Below, one piece after another: positions 48,442-60,699 of a stretch of 64,000 nucleotides of DNA. Numbering within the stretch: position 1 is the first letter of the stretch; every line of letters begins with the position of its first letter. Origin of the DNA: Malacoraja senta (lineage: Eukaryota); the NCBI GenBank assembly GCA_038087875.1, contig JAXLNO010000708.1:1-64000 (forward strand). Direction: 5' to 3'. The notes beneath the pieces were generated by a model that saw nothing but the letters and a program-made list of their open reading frames with translations, was not told the DNA's origin and did no database searches. Position numbers and translations under genes: made by a program.

Positions 48442-50732
48442 TAGCAATGTTACAAAATTTTGAGATTTTAAAAATCAAGTCTGCAATTTTTCCATCAGAT
48501 AAAGCATAAAAAGAAGTTTAATTTGACACCTAATTCACTTTCATATCTTCAGTATTAAAAAAGTGATGGCCATTTTCATACTCGGAAATTAGCATCTTGT
48601 TCCCTATAGGGGGGTTGCACGTAAGGTCACAGGGTCATAGGGCTTGACGCACGGAGTCGCTCAATCCATCTGGAGGACATCGCAGCTTCCGGTATATGTT
48701 GTTAATACACGAAATGCGTACTTTCCTACCTGTTAAAAACCGCCAAAATGTAGAATTTTACGCTGTAGAATTCCAAAAGTGAAGCGAAATGAAGGTAAAG
48801 AGAAGCGAGAGCTGAAGGGACAACAACAGCTAAAATGGTTGGCGAACATTGGCCGTGCAGATATCGGAATTGAAAATATTGGGAATTATCGCGTTTGCTC
48901 ACTGAATTTCACCAACAATAAGGCAATATTTGTGTTTTTTCTTGATTCCTTTGGTATCTAAAAAGTCTCAGAAGTGATAAATCTGTCTGTAAATTTTGCT
49001 TGAGAGGCGTTTTCTTTTTGTATGTAAAAACCCACTTGAGAACCATGGGCGATTTTAAAATTTTACAGCCAGATTGATCACTTCTGAAACTTTTTAGATG
49101 CCAAAGGAATCAAGAAAAAACACAAATAATGCCTTACTGTTGATGAAATGCAGTGAGCGAACGGCCAATGTTCGCCAAGCACTTTGGCTGTTGTTCCTTC
49201 AGCTCTCGTTTCTATCTACCGTCATTTCTCCTCTTTTGGAATTCTGATGTAGGCTAAATGTCTCTCACGCTTATCCCGATTTCCATAATTATTTACAGCG
49301 CAAAAATTTACAATTGTGACGGGTTTTAACGGGCCCGCTACACTGGAAACAATGGTCAGTGCTTACCTTCAGTTCATCGCGTGTACTCCATTTGGCATAG
49401 CGTAGCAACAGTACGGGTCATGGGTTGTGACCCGACTGCCGTAAAACCTCCCTATAGCTTTTCCATTGACTTAACACAAAAAGCTGTGATCGAGGACAGT
49501 CAAAAGCCCATAACTTTTTGTTAAATTAAGAGAACTGAATGAAATTTTCAATTATAGATTGAAGCATTCTGAAACAAATATAAAACATCTTACTTGGATG
49601 ACCTGAAATTAAAGCATATAATTTGTTAATTGCCTAATTGTAGCTAATTACAAAATTGACCGTTGTGACGGAAATAGTAATAAACACCCAGACTGCCTTG
49701 AAAATTCAAAACTGATATTCTCAAGATCAGAACTTTAATATTATTGTATAATATGCTGTAAGTCCGTAACAGATAGGTAAAAAAATTACAATTTCTAGCA
49801 ATAGACCTTTATGGAGAAGATCAGTTGCTAGCTGGTACATTGGCATATCATAATCAGTAGCATCATCATACTCCTCAGATTGTAACCAATAAGCAACTCT
49901 ACACCTTGTTTTTCCTCAACTTTTCAATTTTGGCATTGTAAACTACTAGTTTTTGCTCTTCAAACCACACATGACATGACTTTCTGCCCACTACTTTCCC
50001 ATTAAGAATGTCCTGTAGATTCCATTTCTTAAGAAAAGGATAATTTTAAAAAATAGCCTAAGAATCCAAATAACAAACTAATCCCATTCACACAGGAATT
50101 CACAATATAACATGATTTTTAGATCTCACTGTCATGAATTTATATGCCAGATGGAAGGAATTTAATGTTTAATTCCCATAAATTAATCCAGAAACATCCT
50201 CTCAAAATATAATCAAAATTATTGTTTTTTGCACAATACATGTGACTCAAACTGTTGTGAATATTTAGTTTAAAAATAATGATCATGGAGAGAGAATAAC
50301 ACAAAATATAGACAATTTGGACGGCTTATGACATGATTGTCAAAAAAAAAGGGCTTTTTAATCATCTTGCTTCTGGAACGCGATCGATTGGAACGTTGCG
50401 GTTGCGGTGAATTTGAACTCCATATTGGCAGGAAAAACAGTACCGGTTCGTATGGGGCCCAAATAACATTTTCGCAACGTAAAATTAGATCAAAGCCATC
50501 CCAAGAAGCAAGATTATATGTAAAATACATGACTTACCCTTTGTTTTGTCCCGTTCTTGCGATCCGTCACGTTGTAGGCGTTGTGGGCATTCAAAGTCGC
50601 TTTTTATTTTAATCCAAATATTAAATTGTCCAGCGATTTAAAAAATATATATATATATAGCGCGAACGGGAGTCGGATCGATTTTTCATCAGCAGCTAGC
50701 AGCCCGAGGAAGTAAGTATTGTAACATCGCTA
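48442..50732 (+). mobile_element. non-autonomous DNA transposon with TAGC(A/G)ATGTTACAA TIRs and 7-bp TSD (copy 1)
   Basis: GTTATTG|TAGCAATGTTACAA ... TTGTAACATCGCTA|GTTATTG. Confidence 0.88.
48609..49452. mobile_element. fold-back MITE with two inverted degenerate THAP-domain arms
   Basis: Ends GGGGGGTTGCACG / CGTAAAACCTCCC inside a duplicated TATA; RIPKV...KWLANIGRAD...YRVCSLNF on plus and VNFCAV...RIPK on minus. Confidence 0.75.
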
Positions 50733-50737
50733 GTTAT

Positions 50738-50872
50738 TGTGTAGGAAGGAACTGCAGATGCTGGTGTACACCGAAGATACACAAGATGCTGAAGTAACTC
50801 AGTGGGACAGGCAGCATCTCTGGAGAGAAGGAATGGGTGACATCACATTTCGGGTCGAGACCCTTCTTCAGT
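50738..50872 (-). mobile_element. Penelope-type terminal repeat fragment between the two DNA transposon copies
   Basis: GTAGGAAGGAACTGCAGATGCTGG...TTTCGGGTCGAGACCCTTCTTCAG; further dispersed copies near 3598, 16485, 32820, 38650, 40275, 41180, 47477 and 63040. Confidence 0.65.
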
Positions 50873-51587
50873 ATTATAGTAGCGATGTTACAAAACTTAC
50901 CTTCAGCGGCGCTGCAGTTCTGCCACTGGCCATGTGCGCGACTTTGGCGCCTTTGAGGGGGGGGGGCGGGATTAAAATCCAGTTTTCTCCTGCCTGTCGG
51001 AGGCGGACTTCTTTGGGCTGCTAGCTGCTGAAGAATAATCGATCCGACTTCCTTTCCCGATTTTTTTTTTTTAATCGCGAGACAATTTAATAATTTGATT
51101 AAAATAAAAAGCGACTTCTAACGCCCTCAACGCCTACAACGTGACGGATCGCAAGAACGGGACAAAACAAAGGGTAAGTCGTATATTTTACATATAATCT
51201 TGCTTCTTGGGATGGCTTTAATCTAATTTTACGTTGCGAAAATGTAATTTGGGCCCCATACAAACCGGCAGTGTTTTTCCTGCTGATATGGAATTCAAAT
51301 TCACCGCAAATGCAACGTTCCAATCAATCGCGTTCCAGAAAAACCCACTCGCAAGATGATTTAAATGATTTTTTTTGGACAATCATGTCATAAGAGCATC
51401 TAAATCGTCTATATTTTGTGTTATTGTCTACCCATAGTCAATATTTTTATACTAAACATCAGTTTTAGTCCCATGTATTGTGCAAAAAAATACAAATTTT
51501 GATTATATTGAGTGGATGTTTCTAGATTAATTTATGGGAATTAAACATCAAATTCCTTCCATCTGGCATATGAATTCATGACAGTGA

Positions 51588-53580
51588 ATGTAAGCGGTCT
51601 ATTATACAGTGACATCAGTGACCATTTTCCTGTTTTTATTGTTTATCACTGTAGTTATAGGAAACCTAAGAACACCAGTCATTTCAAATACAAAAGTGTG
51701 AGAACCGAAGAAAACATAAATGCATTTAAGAATGAATTACTGAAACAGAATTGGAGGGTAGTATATGAGGGTGAAGATGTCGACAAAGCATACAATGGAT
51801 TTCTAAATATTTTAAAATCACGTTATGACAAAAACTGTCCTGTGAAACAATATAGTTATAGACAAAAACAAACAAAGAGTCCATGGGTCACTAAGGGTTT
51901 AAAAAATGCCTGCAAAAAGAAAAACACACTATATAGACAATTCATAAAATATCGAACTTCAGAAGCAGAAAATAAATATAAAAAATATAAGAATAAATTA
52001 ACCAATATTATGAGGATATGTAAGAAAGAATACTATAATAAAATGTTAGAGAATAAAAAAAACAATATGGAAGGTTTATGGAACGTGCTAAATAGTATTA
52101 TTAGAAATGGATCAAAAAATACAGGCTACCCTGAGTATTTTATTGAGGAAGACATGACAATAAATAATATGGATGATGCGTTTATTTTTTTGAACAAATT
52201 CTTTGTAAATGTGGGACCAGATTTGGCAGAAAAAATTAATGACCCAGAAACAAAAGAAGGGGCAGATACTGATCTTTGGGATAGAAATACTAGCTCTATC
52301 TTCCTTAGAGCAGTCGAAGGAAAAGAAATCATAGACACTGTAAGAAATTGTAAAAGCAAATCCTCTACTGATTGGAATGATATTGATATGATTATAATAA
52401 AAAACTTTATTGAAGAAATTACAGAACCATTAACTCATATCTGTAACGTCTTTTCAATCCGGTAAATTTCTGAACAAAATGAAAATAGCAAAAGTAATAC
52501 CATTATATAAAACTGGGGATAGACACCATTTCACAAATTACAGGCCTGTTTCTTTACTCTCCCAATTCTCCAAGATCCTTGAAAAACATTTTACAGAAAG
52601 ATGACAATTTCATTGAAAAACATAAGCTTTTGGTCGACAGTCAATATGGATTCCGGACAGACAGATCAACATCTATGGCACTAATGGAACTAATTGAGGA
52701 AATCACAAATTGCATAGATAATAAAAAACTTGCAGTGGGAATATTCATAGACTTTAAAAAAGCATTTGATACCGCAAATCACGACATTTTACTCATGAAA
52801 CTGGATAGGTATGGCATCAGAGGGGTTGGATTGGATTGGATGAGAAGCTATTTAAGAAACAGGCAACAATTTGTAGAAATAGGTGAACATAAATCAACTT
52901 ACATGAACATAACTTGTGGAGTACCTCAAGGGTCTGTGTTAGGTCCAAAGCTTTTAATAATATACATTAACGACATATGCAGAGTATCAAATATACTGAA
53001 ATTGATTATATTTGCCGATGATACAAATATTTTTTGTTCCGGTGACAATTTGAAGCAGCTTTTGGAGGTCATCACATCAGAAATGAATAAATTAAAACAG
53101 TGGTTTGATGTGAACAAATTGTCTCTAAATGTAAGCAAAACAAAGATTATGCTATTTGGAAAACATAAAACAAACCCTCAAGTACAATTGAAAATAGATA
53201 ACATAAGTATAGAAAGAGTATATGAAAATAAATTTCTTGGTGTGATCTTAGACCACAAAATCTGCCGGAAACTATATAAACCACGTCAAAGCAAAACTGG
53301 CAACGTCTATAGCAATATTGGGAAAATCAAGACACATTCTGGACCACAAATCATAACATACTCTGTATAATACACTCATATTGCCATATCTGAGTTACTG
53401 TGTGGAGATATGGGGTAACACCTACAAAACCAACCTACAGCCGTTATGCACATTACAAAAAAGAACAATAAGAATTATCAAAAACGTTAGATATCTTGAA
53501 CATACCAATTTATTATTCTTAAAGTCACATACACTGAAGTTCACCGATCTGGTTAAATTTAAGACTGCACAAATCATGTT
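51588..53580 (+). mobile_element. AT-rich CR1-group (Crack/L2-like) LINE ORF2 internal fragment with frameshifts
   Basis: SDISDHFPVF (end of APE domain), QYGFR, IFIDFKKAFDT, GVPQGSVLGP, FADDT; no 3' tail or TSD. Confidence 0.85.
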
Positions 53581-53780
53581 CATGCGTGGTTTGAAGAGCA
53601 AAAACTTGTAGTTTACAATGCCAAAATTGAAAAGTTCTGGAAAAACAAGGTGTACAGAGTTGCTTATCGGTTACAATCTGAGGAGTATGATGCTACTGAT
53701 TATGATATGCCAATGTACCAGCTAGCAACTGATCTTCTCCATAAAGACTTGGTCTATTGCTAGAAATTGTAATTTATACA

Positions 53781-54050
53781 AAGAGGCCCAGGAGCCGTTA
53801 GAGAGGGAGGAGCGACGTCCGGGCAGTAGGTTCAAAAACCCATCGCGGGGCTTGTTTCAGCAGAGGCCCAGGAGCCGTTACAGAGGGAGGAGCGACGTCC
53901 AGGCGGTAGGTTCAAAAAACCATCACGGGGCTTGTTTCAGCAGAGGCCCAGGAGCCGTTACAGAGGGAGGAGCGACGTCCGGGCGGTAGGTTAAAAAACC
54001 CATCGCGGGGCTTGTTTCAGCAGAGGCCCAGGAGCCGTTACAGAGGGAGG
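53781..54050 (+). repeat. 80-bp monomer x3.4 in the CR1 5' UTR
   Basis: AGAGGCCCAGGAGCCGTTA... recurs at 53782, 53862, 53942 and 54022. Confidence 0.92.
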
Positions 54051-54204
54051 AACCAAACTCTGCAACGTTCCATCCGCAGTTCACACTTCAAACTAAGTGG
54101 GCTTGAGTAAGCCACTGATTGGTGGAAACGGACTAGGGGAAGCCGCTGATTGGCTTGTACCCAGGGTAAGGCTTTGTATATTATCCTAGGTACAGAAGGG
54201 GAGA

Positions 54205-55141
54205 ATGAGGGCCAGGGCAGTTTACTGTTCTGGATGTCAGATGTGGGAGGTCATGGAGTCTGATACCCCTCCAGACGTCCACATCTGCGCCAGGTGTGTC
54301 CAGATGGGGCTCCTAAGGGAGCGTGTTAGGAACCTCGAGCAGCAGCTCGATGACCTCTGTCTGATCAGGGAGAGTGAGGAGGTTATAGAAAGGAGTTATA
54401 GGGAGGTGGTCACTCCAAGACCACGGGAGGCAGACAAGTGGGTCACTGTTAGGAAGGGCAAGGGGCAGAGGCAAGGACTAGTGAGTACCCCGGTGGCTGT
54501 ACACCTTGAAAATAAGTACTCCTGTTTGAGTACGGTTGGGGGGGGACAGCCTTCCTGCGGGTAGCGACAGCGGCCAGGCCTCCAGTACAGAGACCGGCCC
54601 TGTTGCTCAGAAGGGTAGGGAAAAGAAGAGGAGGGCACTAGTAATAGGGGACTCTATAGTTAGGGGGACGGATAGGCGATTCTGTGGAAGCAGTCAGGAG
54701 ACCCGGATGGTAGTTTGCCTCCCTGGTGCCAGGGTCAGGGATGTGTCTGAACGCGTCCAAGATATCCTGAAATCGGAGGGAGAGGAGCCTGAGGTCGTGG
54801 TACATATAGGTACCAATGACATAGGTAGAAAGAGAGAAGAGGTCCTGAAAGGAGAATTTAGGGAGATGGGAGGAGAGTTAAGGAGAAGGACCAAAAAAAT
54901 AACAATCTCAGGATTACTGCCTGTGCCACAAGACAGTGAGAGTAGGAATGGAATGAGGTGGAGGATAAATGCGTGGCTGAAGGACTGGTGCAGTGGGCAG
55001 GGATTCAAGTTTCTGAATCATTGGGACCTCTTTTGGGGAAGGTGTGACCTGTACAGAAAGGACGGGTTGCACTTGAACCCGAGGGGGACCAATATCCGGG
55101 CAGGGAGATTTGCAAAGGCAACTGGGGAGACTTTAAACTAG
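54205..55141 (+). pseudogene. CR1 ORF1 (zinc finger/coiled coil plus SGNH esterase), frameshift in the G-run near 54540
   Basis: CSGCQMW...CARC; VIGDSIVR, CLPGA, HIGTND, DGLHLN. Confidence 0.88.
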
Positions 55142-55146
55142 AACGG

Positions 55147-58086
55147 TTGGGGGGAGGGACTCGAATAGGGAAAGCTAGTAGTCAGGGTGTGAGGCAGGAG
55201 GTAGAGAAGGGAAGCACTCGGACCCAAAATGTAGGGGAGAAAGAAGAAAAAGATAATAAACAGAGAATAAGTGGTGGTGGGTTTCTTAAATGTGTATATT
55301 TAAATGCTAGGAGCATTGTAAGAAAGGTGGATGAGCTTAAAGCCTGGATTGACACCAGGAAGTATGATGTTGTGGCGATCAGTGAAACATGGTTGCAGGA
55401 GGGCTGTGAGTGGAAACTAAATATTCCAGGATTTCGTTGCTTTAGGTGTGATAGAGTTGGAGGGGCAAGAGGTGGGGGTGTTGCATTGCTTGTCAAGGAA
55501 GATATTACAGCAGTGCTTTGGCAGGATAGATTAGAGGGCTCATCTAGGGAGGCTATTTGGGTGGAACTGAGAAATGGGAAAGGGGTAGCAACACTTATAG
55601 GGGTGTATTATAGACCGCCTAATGGAGAGCGAGAATTGGAAGAGCAAATATGTAAGGAGATAGCAGATATTAGTAGTAAGCACAAGGTAGTGATTGTGGG
55701 AGATTTCAATTTTCCACACATAGACTGGGAAACACATTCTGCAAAAGGACTGGATGGTTTGGAGTTTGTAAAATGTGTGCAGGATATTTTTTTGCAGCAA
55801 TACATAGAGGTACCTACAAGAGAAGGGGCAGTGCTGGACCTCCTGTTAGGAAATGAGACAGAGCAGGTGGCGGAGGTATGCGTTGGGGAGCACTTTGGGT
55901 CCAGTGATCACAATACCATTAGTTTCAATATAATTATGGAGAGGGTCAGAACTGGACCTAAGGTTGAGATTTTTGACTGGAGAAAGGCTAACTTTGAGGA
56001 GATGTGAAAGGATTTAAAAGGAGTGAATTGGGACGTTGTTTTATGTGAAGGATGTAGAAGAGAAATGGAGGACATTTAAAGGTGAAATTTTAAGAGTACA
56101 GAATCTTTATGTCCCTGTTCGGTTGAAAGGAAATAGTAAAAATTGGAAAGAGCCATGGTTTTCAAGGGAAATTGGACACTTGGTTCGGAAAAAGAGAGAG
56201 ATCTACAATAATTATAGGCGGCATGGAGTAAATGAGGTGCTGCAGGAGTATAAAGAATGTAAAAAAAATCTTAAGAAAGAAATTAGAAAAGCTAAAAGAA
56301 GATATGAGGTTGCTTTGGCAAGTAAGGTGAAAGTAAACCCAAAGGGTTTCTACAGCTACATTAATAGCAAAAGGATAACAAGGAATAAAATTGGTCCATT
56401 AGAGTCAGGGTGGACAGCTATCTGCAGAGCCAGAAGAGATGGGGGAGATATTGAACAATTTCTTTTCTTCGGTATTCACCAAGGAGAAGGATATTGAATT
56501 ATGTGAGGTAAGGGAAACGAGCAGAGTAGCAATGGAAACTATGAGATTTAAAGAAGAGGAAATGTGGACACTTTTGAAAAATATGAAAACGGATAAGTCT
56601 CCAGGTCCTGACAGGATATTCCCTAGGACATTGAGGGAAGTTAGTGTAGAAATAGCAGGGGCTATGACAGAAATATTTCAAATGTCATTAGAAACGGGAA
56701 TAGTGCCGGAGAATTGGCGTACTGCGCATGTTGTTCCATTGTTTAAAAAGGGTAATAAGAGTAAACCTAGCAATTATAGACCTGTTAGTTTGATGTCAGT
56801 GGTGGGCAAATTAATGGAAAGGATACTTAGGGATAATATATATAAGCATCTGGATAAACAGTGTCTGACTAAGAACAGTCAACATGGATTTGTGCCTGGA
56901 AGGTCATGTTTGACTAATCTTCTTGAATTTTTCGAAGAGGTTACTAGGGAAATTGATGAGGGTAAAGCAGTGGATGTTGGCTATATGGACTTCAGTAAGG
57001 CCTTTGACAAGGTTCCGCATGGAGGGTTGGTTAAGAAGATTCAATTGTTGGGTATTAATGGTGGAGTAGCAAGATGGATTCAACAGTGGCTGAATGGGAG
57101 ATGCCAGAGTAATGGTGGATGGCTGTTTGTCAGGTTGGAGGCCGGTGACTAGTGGGGTGCCTCAGGAGTCTGTGTTGGGTCCACTGTTGTTTGTCATGTA
57201 CATCAATGATCTGGATGATGGTGTGGAAAATTGGATTAGTAAGTATGCAGATGATACTAAGATAGGTGGTGTTGTGGATAATGAAGTAGATTTTCAAAGT
57301 CTACAGAGAGATTTAGGCCATTTGGAAGAGTGGGCTGAAAGATGGCAGATGGAGTTTAATGCTGATAAATGTGAGGTGCTACATCTTGGCAGGACAAATC
57401 AAAATAGGACGTACATGGTAAATGGTAGCGAATTGAGGAATGCAGTTGAACAGAGGGATCTAGGAATAACTGTGCATAGTTCCCTGAAGGTGGAATCTCA
57501 TGTAGATAGGGTGGTAAAGAAAGCTTTTGGTGTGCTGGCCATTATAAATCAGAGCATTGAGTATAGAAGTTGGGATGTAATGTTAAAATTGTACAAGGCA
57601 TTGGTGAGGCCAATTCTGGAGTATGGAGTACAATTTTGGTCGCCTAATTATAGGAAGGATGTCAACAAAATAGAGAGAGTACATAGGAGATTTACGAGAA
57701 TGTTGCCTGGGTTTCAGCAACTAAATTACGGAGAAAGGCTGAACAGGTTAGGTCTTTATTCTTTGGAGCGTAGAAGGTTAAGGGGGGACTTGATAGAGGT
57801 CTTTAAAATGATGAGAGGGATAGACAGAGTTGACGTGGATACGCTTTTCCCATTGAGAGCAGGGAAGATTCAAACAAGAGGACATGACTTGAGAATTAAG
57901 GGACAGATGTTTACGGGTAACATTAGGGGGAACTTCTTTACTCAGAGAGTGGTAGCTGTGTGGAATGAGCTTCCAGTGGAAGTGGTGGAGGCAGGTTCGA
58001 TTTTATCATTTAAAAATAGATTGGATGGGTATATGGACGATAAAGGAATGGAGGGTTATGGTCTGAGTGCAGGTAGATGGGACTAG
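55147..58086 (+). pseudogene. CR1 ORF2 (APE endonuclease plus reverse transcriptase), disrupted
   Basis: YLNARS, ISETW, VGDFN, SDHN; SQHGF, DFSKAFDKVPH, KYADDTK; split over four ORFs. Confidence 0.92.
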
Positions 58087-58999
58087 GGGAGAAAAAGTGT
58101 TCGGCATGGACTTGAAGGGCCGAGATGTCCTGTTTCCATGCTGTAATTGTTATATGGTTATATACCTATCTGTTACGGACTTACAGCATATAATACAATA
58201 ATATTGAAGTTCTGATCTTGAAAATATCACATCTTTGTATTTTCAAGGCAGTCTGGGTGTTTATTACTATTTCTGTCACAACGGTCAATTTTGTGATTGA
58301 CTACAATTAGGTAATTAGCTAATTATATGCTTTAATTTCAGGTCATCCAAGTAAGATGTTTTATTTTTGTTTCAGAATGCTTCAATCTATATAATAACTG
58401 AAAATTTCATTCAGTTCTCTTAATTTTTAAGAAAGTTATGGGCTTTTGACTGTCCTCGATCACAGCTTTTGTGTTAAGTCAATGCAAAAGCAATAGGGAA
58501 CAAGATGCTAATTTCCGAGTATGAAAATGGCCATCACCTTTTTAATACTGAAGATATGAAAGTGAATTAGGTGTCAAATTAAACTTCTTTTTATGCTTTA
58601 TCTGATGGGATAAATTGCAGACTTGATTTTTAAAATCTCAAAATTTTGTAACATTGCTAATTATAGCATATGTTACTGTATCCGATGTACAGATGGATGA
58701 AGTGGCACAGTGGTTGTTAGCACTGGTCTAACTTATAGGTTAGCTGTTGAAAATCAAAAGAGCAGAAAATCTAGGACAATTCTTTAATTCTTAATTTGTC
58801 AATTCTAGGACAAAATCTCGGACATTCTTATGATAATGCTATTTTCACTCCGTCACAGGTATCCCTTTTGTCCTATCATTCTTTCCCACAACCATCCCTA
58901 CATCCTGAATGTTTTTTTTTATTATCTATCTTTCACAATTCCAATGAAAGTTTGACCTGAAATGTTAATTCTAATTATCTTTCCCTAGATTGTTCCACG

Positions 59000-60512
59000 G
59001 GCCCCATTTAAATCTTTCCCCTCACCTCAAACCTATGTCCTCTGGATTGTGACCATCCATCATATCTATGTTTCTCATGATTTTATCGCTCAATAAGGTT
59101 ATTCCCTCCCTAGCTCCACGGAAAACAGTCCCGGCCTATCTCGTATTTCCTCATAACTCAGGCCCCCTTGTCCCGGCAAGATCCTTGTGAAACATTTCTA
59201 CATTCTCTCTAGTTTAATCACATCCTTATTATTGTATGGTGAGCAGAACTGTACACAATATTCAATATGCAGTCTCACCAATGCTTTCTACAGCTGTTAA
59301 ATATCACAACTCCTGTACTCAATCCCGCCTGATGAAACAAGCGTGCCAAACACCTTCTCTTGTCTACCTGTGTTGCCACTTTCAAGAGGAGAGACAAGTG
59401 TTCAATTGTCATATGTATCGAAACAGAACAAATAAATCCTTACTTGCAGCAGCGCAATACGTTTGTAGACACAGTACTCAATAGAGTGGGAAGAGGGAGG
59501 GAGAGTCGGGTTGCAGGGTGGCCGAGCAGTTTGCACGGAGTTTGAGTAGTTTGAGTATATTGTGTCCCCTCCCATTGGTACGGGACTTTTGCATTTTTCA
59601 GCTTGAAATTGTGCAATATGGTGCATACTGTAGCGAGCCTTTATATTACACTTGAATGCAATATACATGCTTTAAATTGGATTGGAGCGTTTTTGAAAGG
59701 GGGGAGGCTGAGCGATCACTGATCTTGGGGGTACCCGGTGAGAGAGTGGAGCAACCGAGTGGGGAGAGGGTGTGGAAGAACTTTTTGATATTTGATGTAC
59801 TAAAATCATGTTTTAGTGCATTGTAGAAGTATGATTTCAATGTTTTTTGTATGAAGTATTTTTAAGAGATAACTTTTTATGGGGTAACTTTATCCACACA
59901 AAGTGTGATGGGTGTATGGAACAAGCTGCCAGAGGAGGTAGTTGAGGCAGGGGCCATCCCAACATTTAAGAAAAAGTTAGACTGATACATGGATAGGACA
60001 GGTTTGGAGGTATGGACCAAAAGCAGGTAGCGTAGCTGGGACATGTTGGCGGGTGTGGGCAAGTTGCGCAGAAAGGCCTGTTTTCACATTGTATCACTCA
60101 TGACTACATTATACCTCCACCATGTATGAATGCTTCAAAATCAAATGATTGAGTTTTATTGCCATATACTCAAGCATAGAAACATAGAAAACAGGTGCAG
60201 GAATAGGCCATCGGCCCTTCAAGCCAGCACTGCCATTCAATATGATCATGGCTATTCATCTAAAATCAGTACATCTTTACTGTTTTTTCCCCATATCCCT
60301 TGGTCGTTAGCCCCAAGAACTAAATGTAACTCTCTCTTGAAAACATCCAGTGAATTGGCCTCCACTGCCTTCTGTGGCAGAGAATTCCACAGATTCACAA
60401 CTCTCTGTGTGAAGTATGTCCTCATCTCAGTCCTAACTGCCCCCCCCCCCCTTTATTCTTAAACTGTGACCCCTGGTTCTGAACTCCCCCAACATCGGGA
60501 ACATTTTTCCTG
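59000..60512. mobile_element. cluster of CR1 3' fragments (about 59000-59385 minus, 59880-60105 plus, 60175-60512 minus)
   Basis: Same CR1 3' motifs and tails as elsewhere in the window. Confidence 0.7.
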
Positions 60513-60699
60513 CAGTTACAGTAAGTGAAAATCTAGCAGGCAAGCAGAATGCTTTCTCCAACCACCCCCATTTGACGTCCACTATCTTCCACCGTTTCTA
60601 CCCAGTGCTTGGTACTTACTTCCAGCAGCCACTGGTTGTCCTCCTGGATGCACTGAGCCGCAGCCTGATCCATGCCGGTCACCTGGGCGAAATTGGCAC

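Larger units (their letters stand above)
53780..58160 (+). mobile_element. full-length CR1 LINE (about 4.4 kb)
   Basis: 5' tandem monomers, ORF1, ORF2 and a GTTATATG tail; probable TATAC TSD at 53775-53779 and 58161-58165. Confidence 0.92.
50880..58659 (-). mobile_element. same 7-bp-TSD DNA transposon family (copy 2, inverted), expanded by two LINE inserts
   Basis: ATTATAG|TAGCGATGTTACAA ... TTGTAACATTGCTA|ATTATAG; 51000-51587, 53581-53779 and 58161-58659 are reverse complements of copy 1. Confidence 0.88.
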
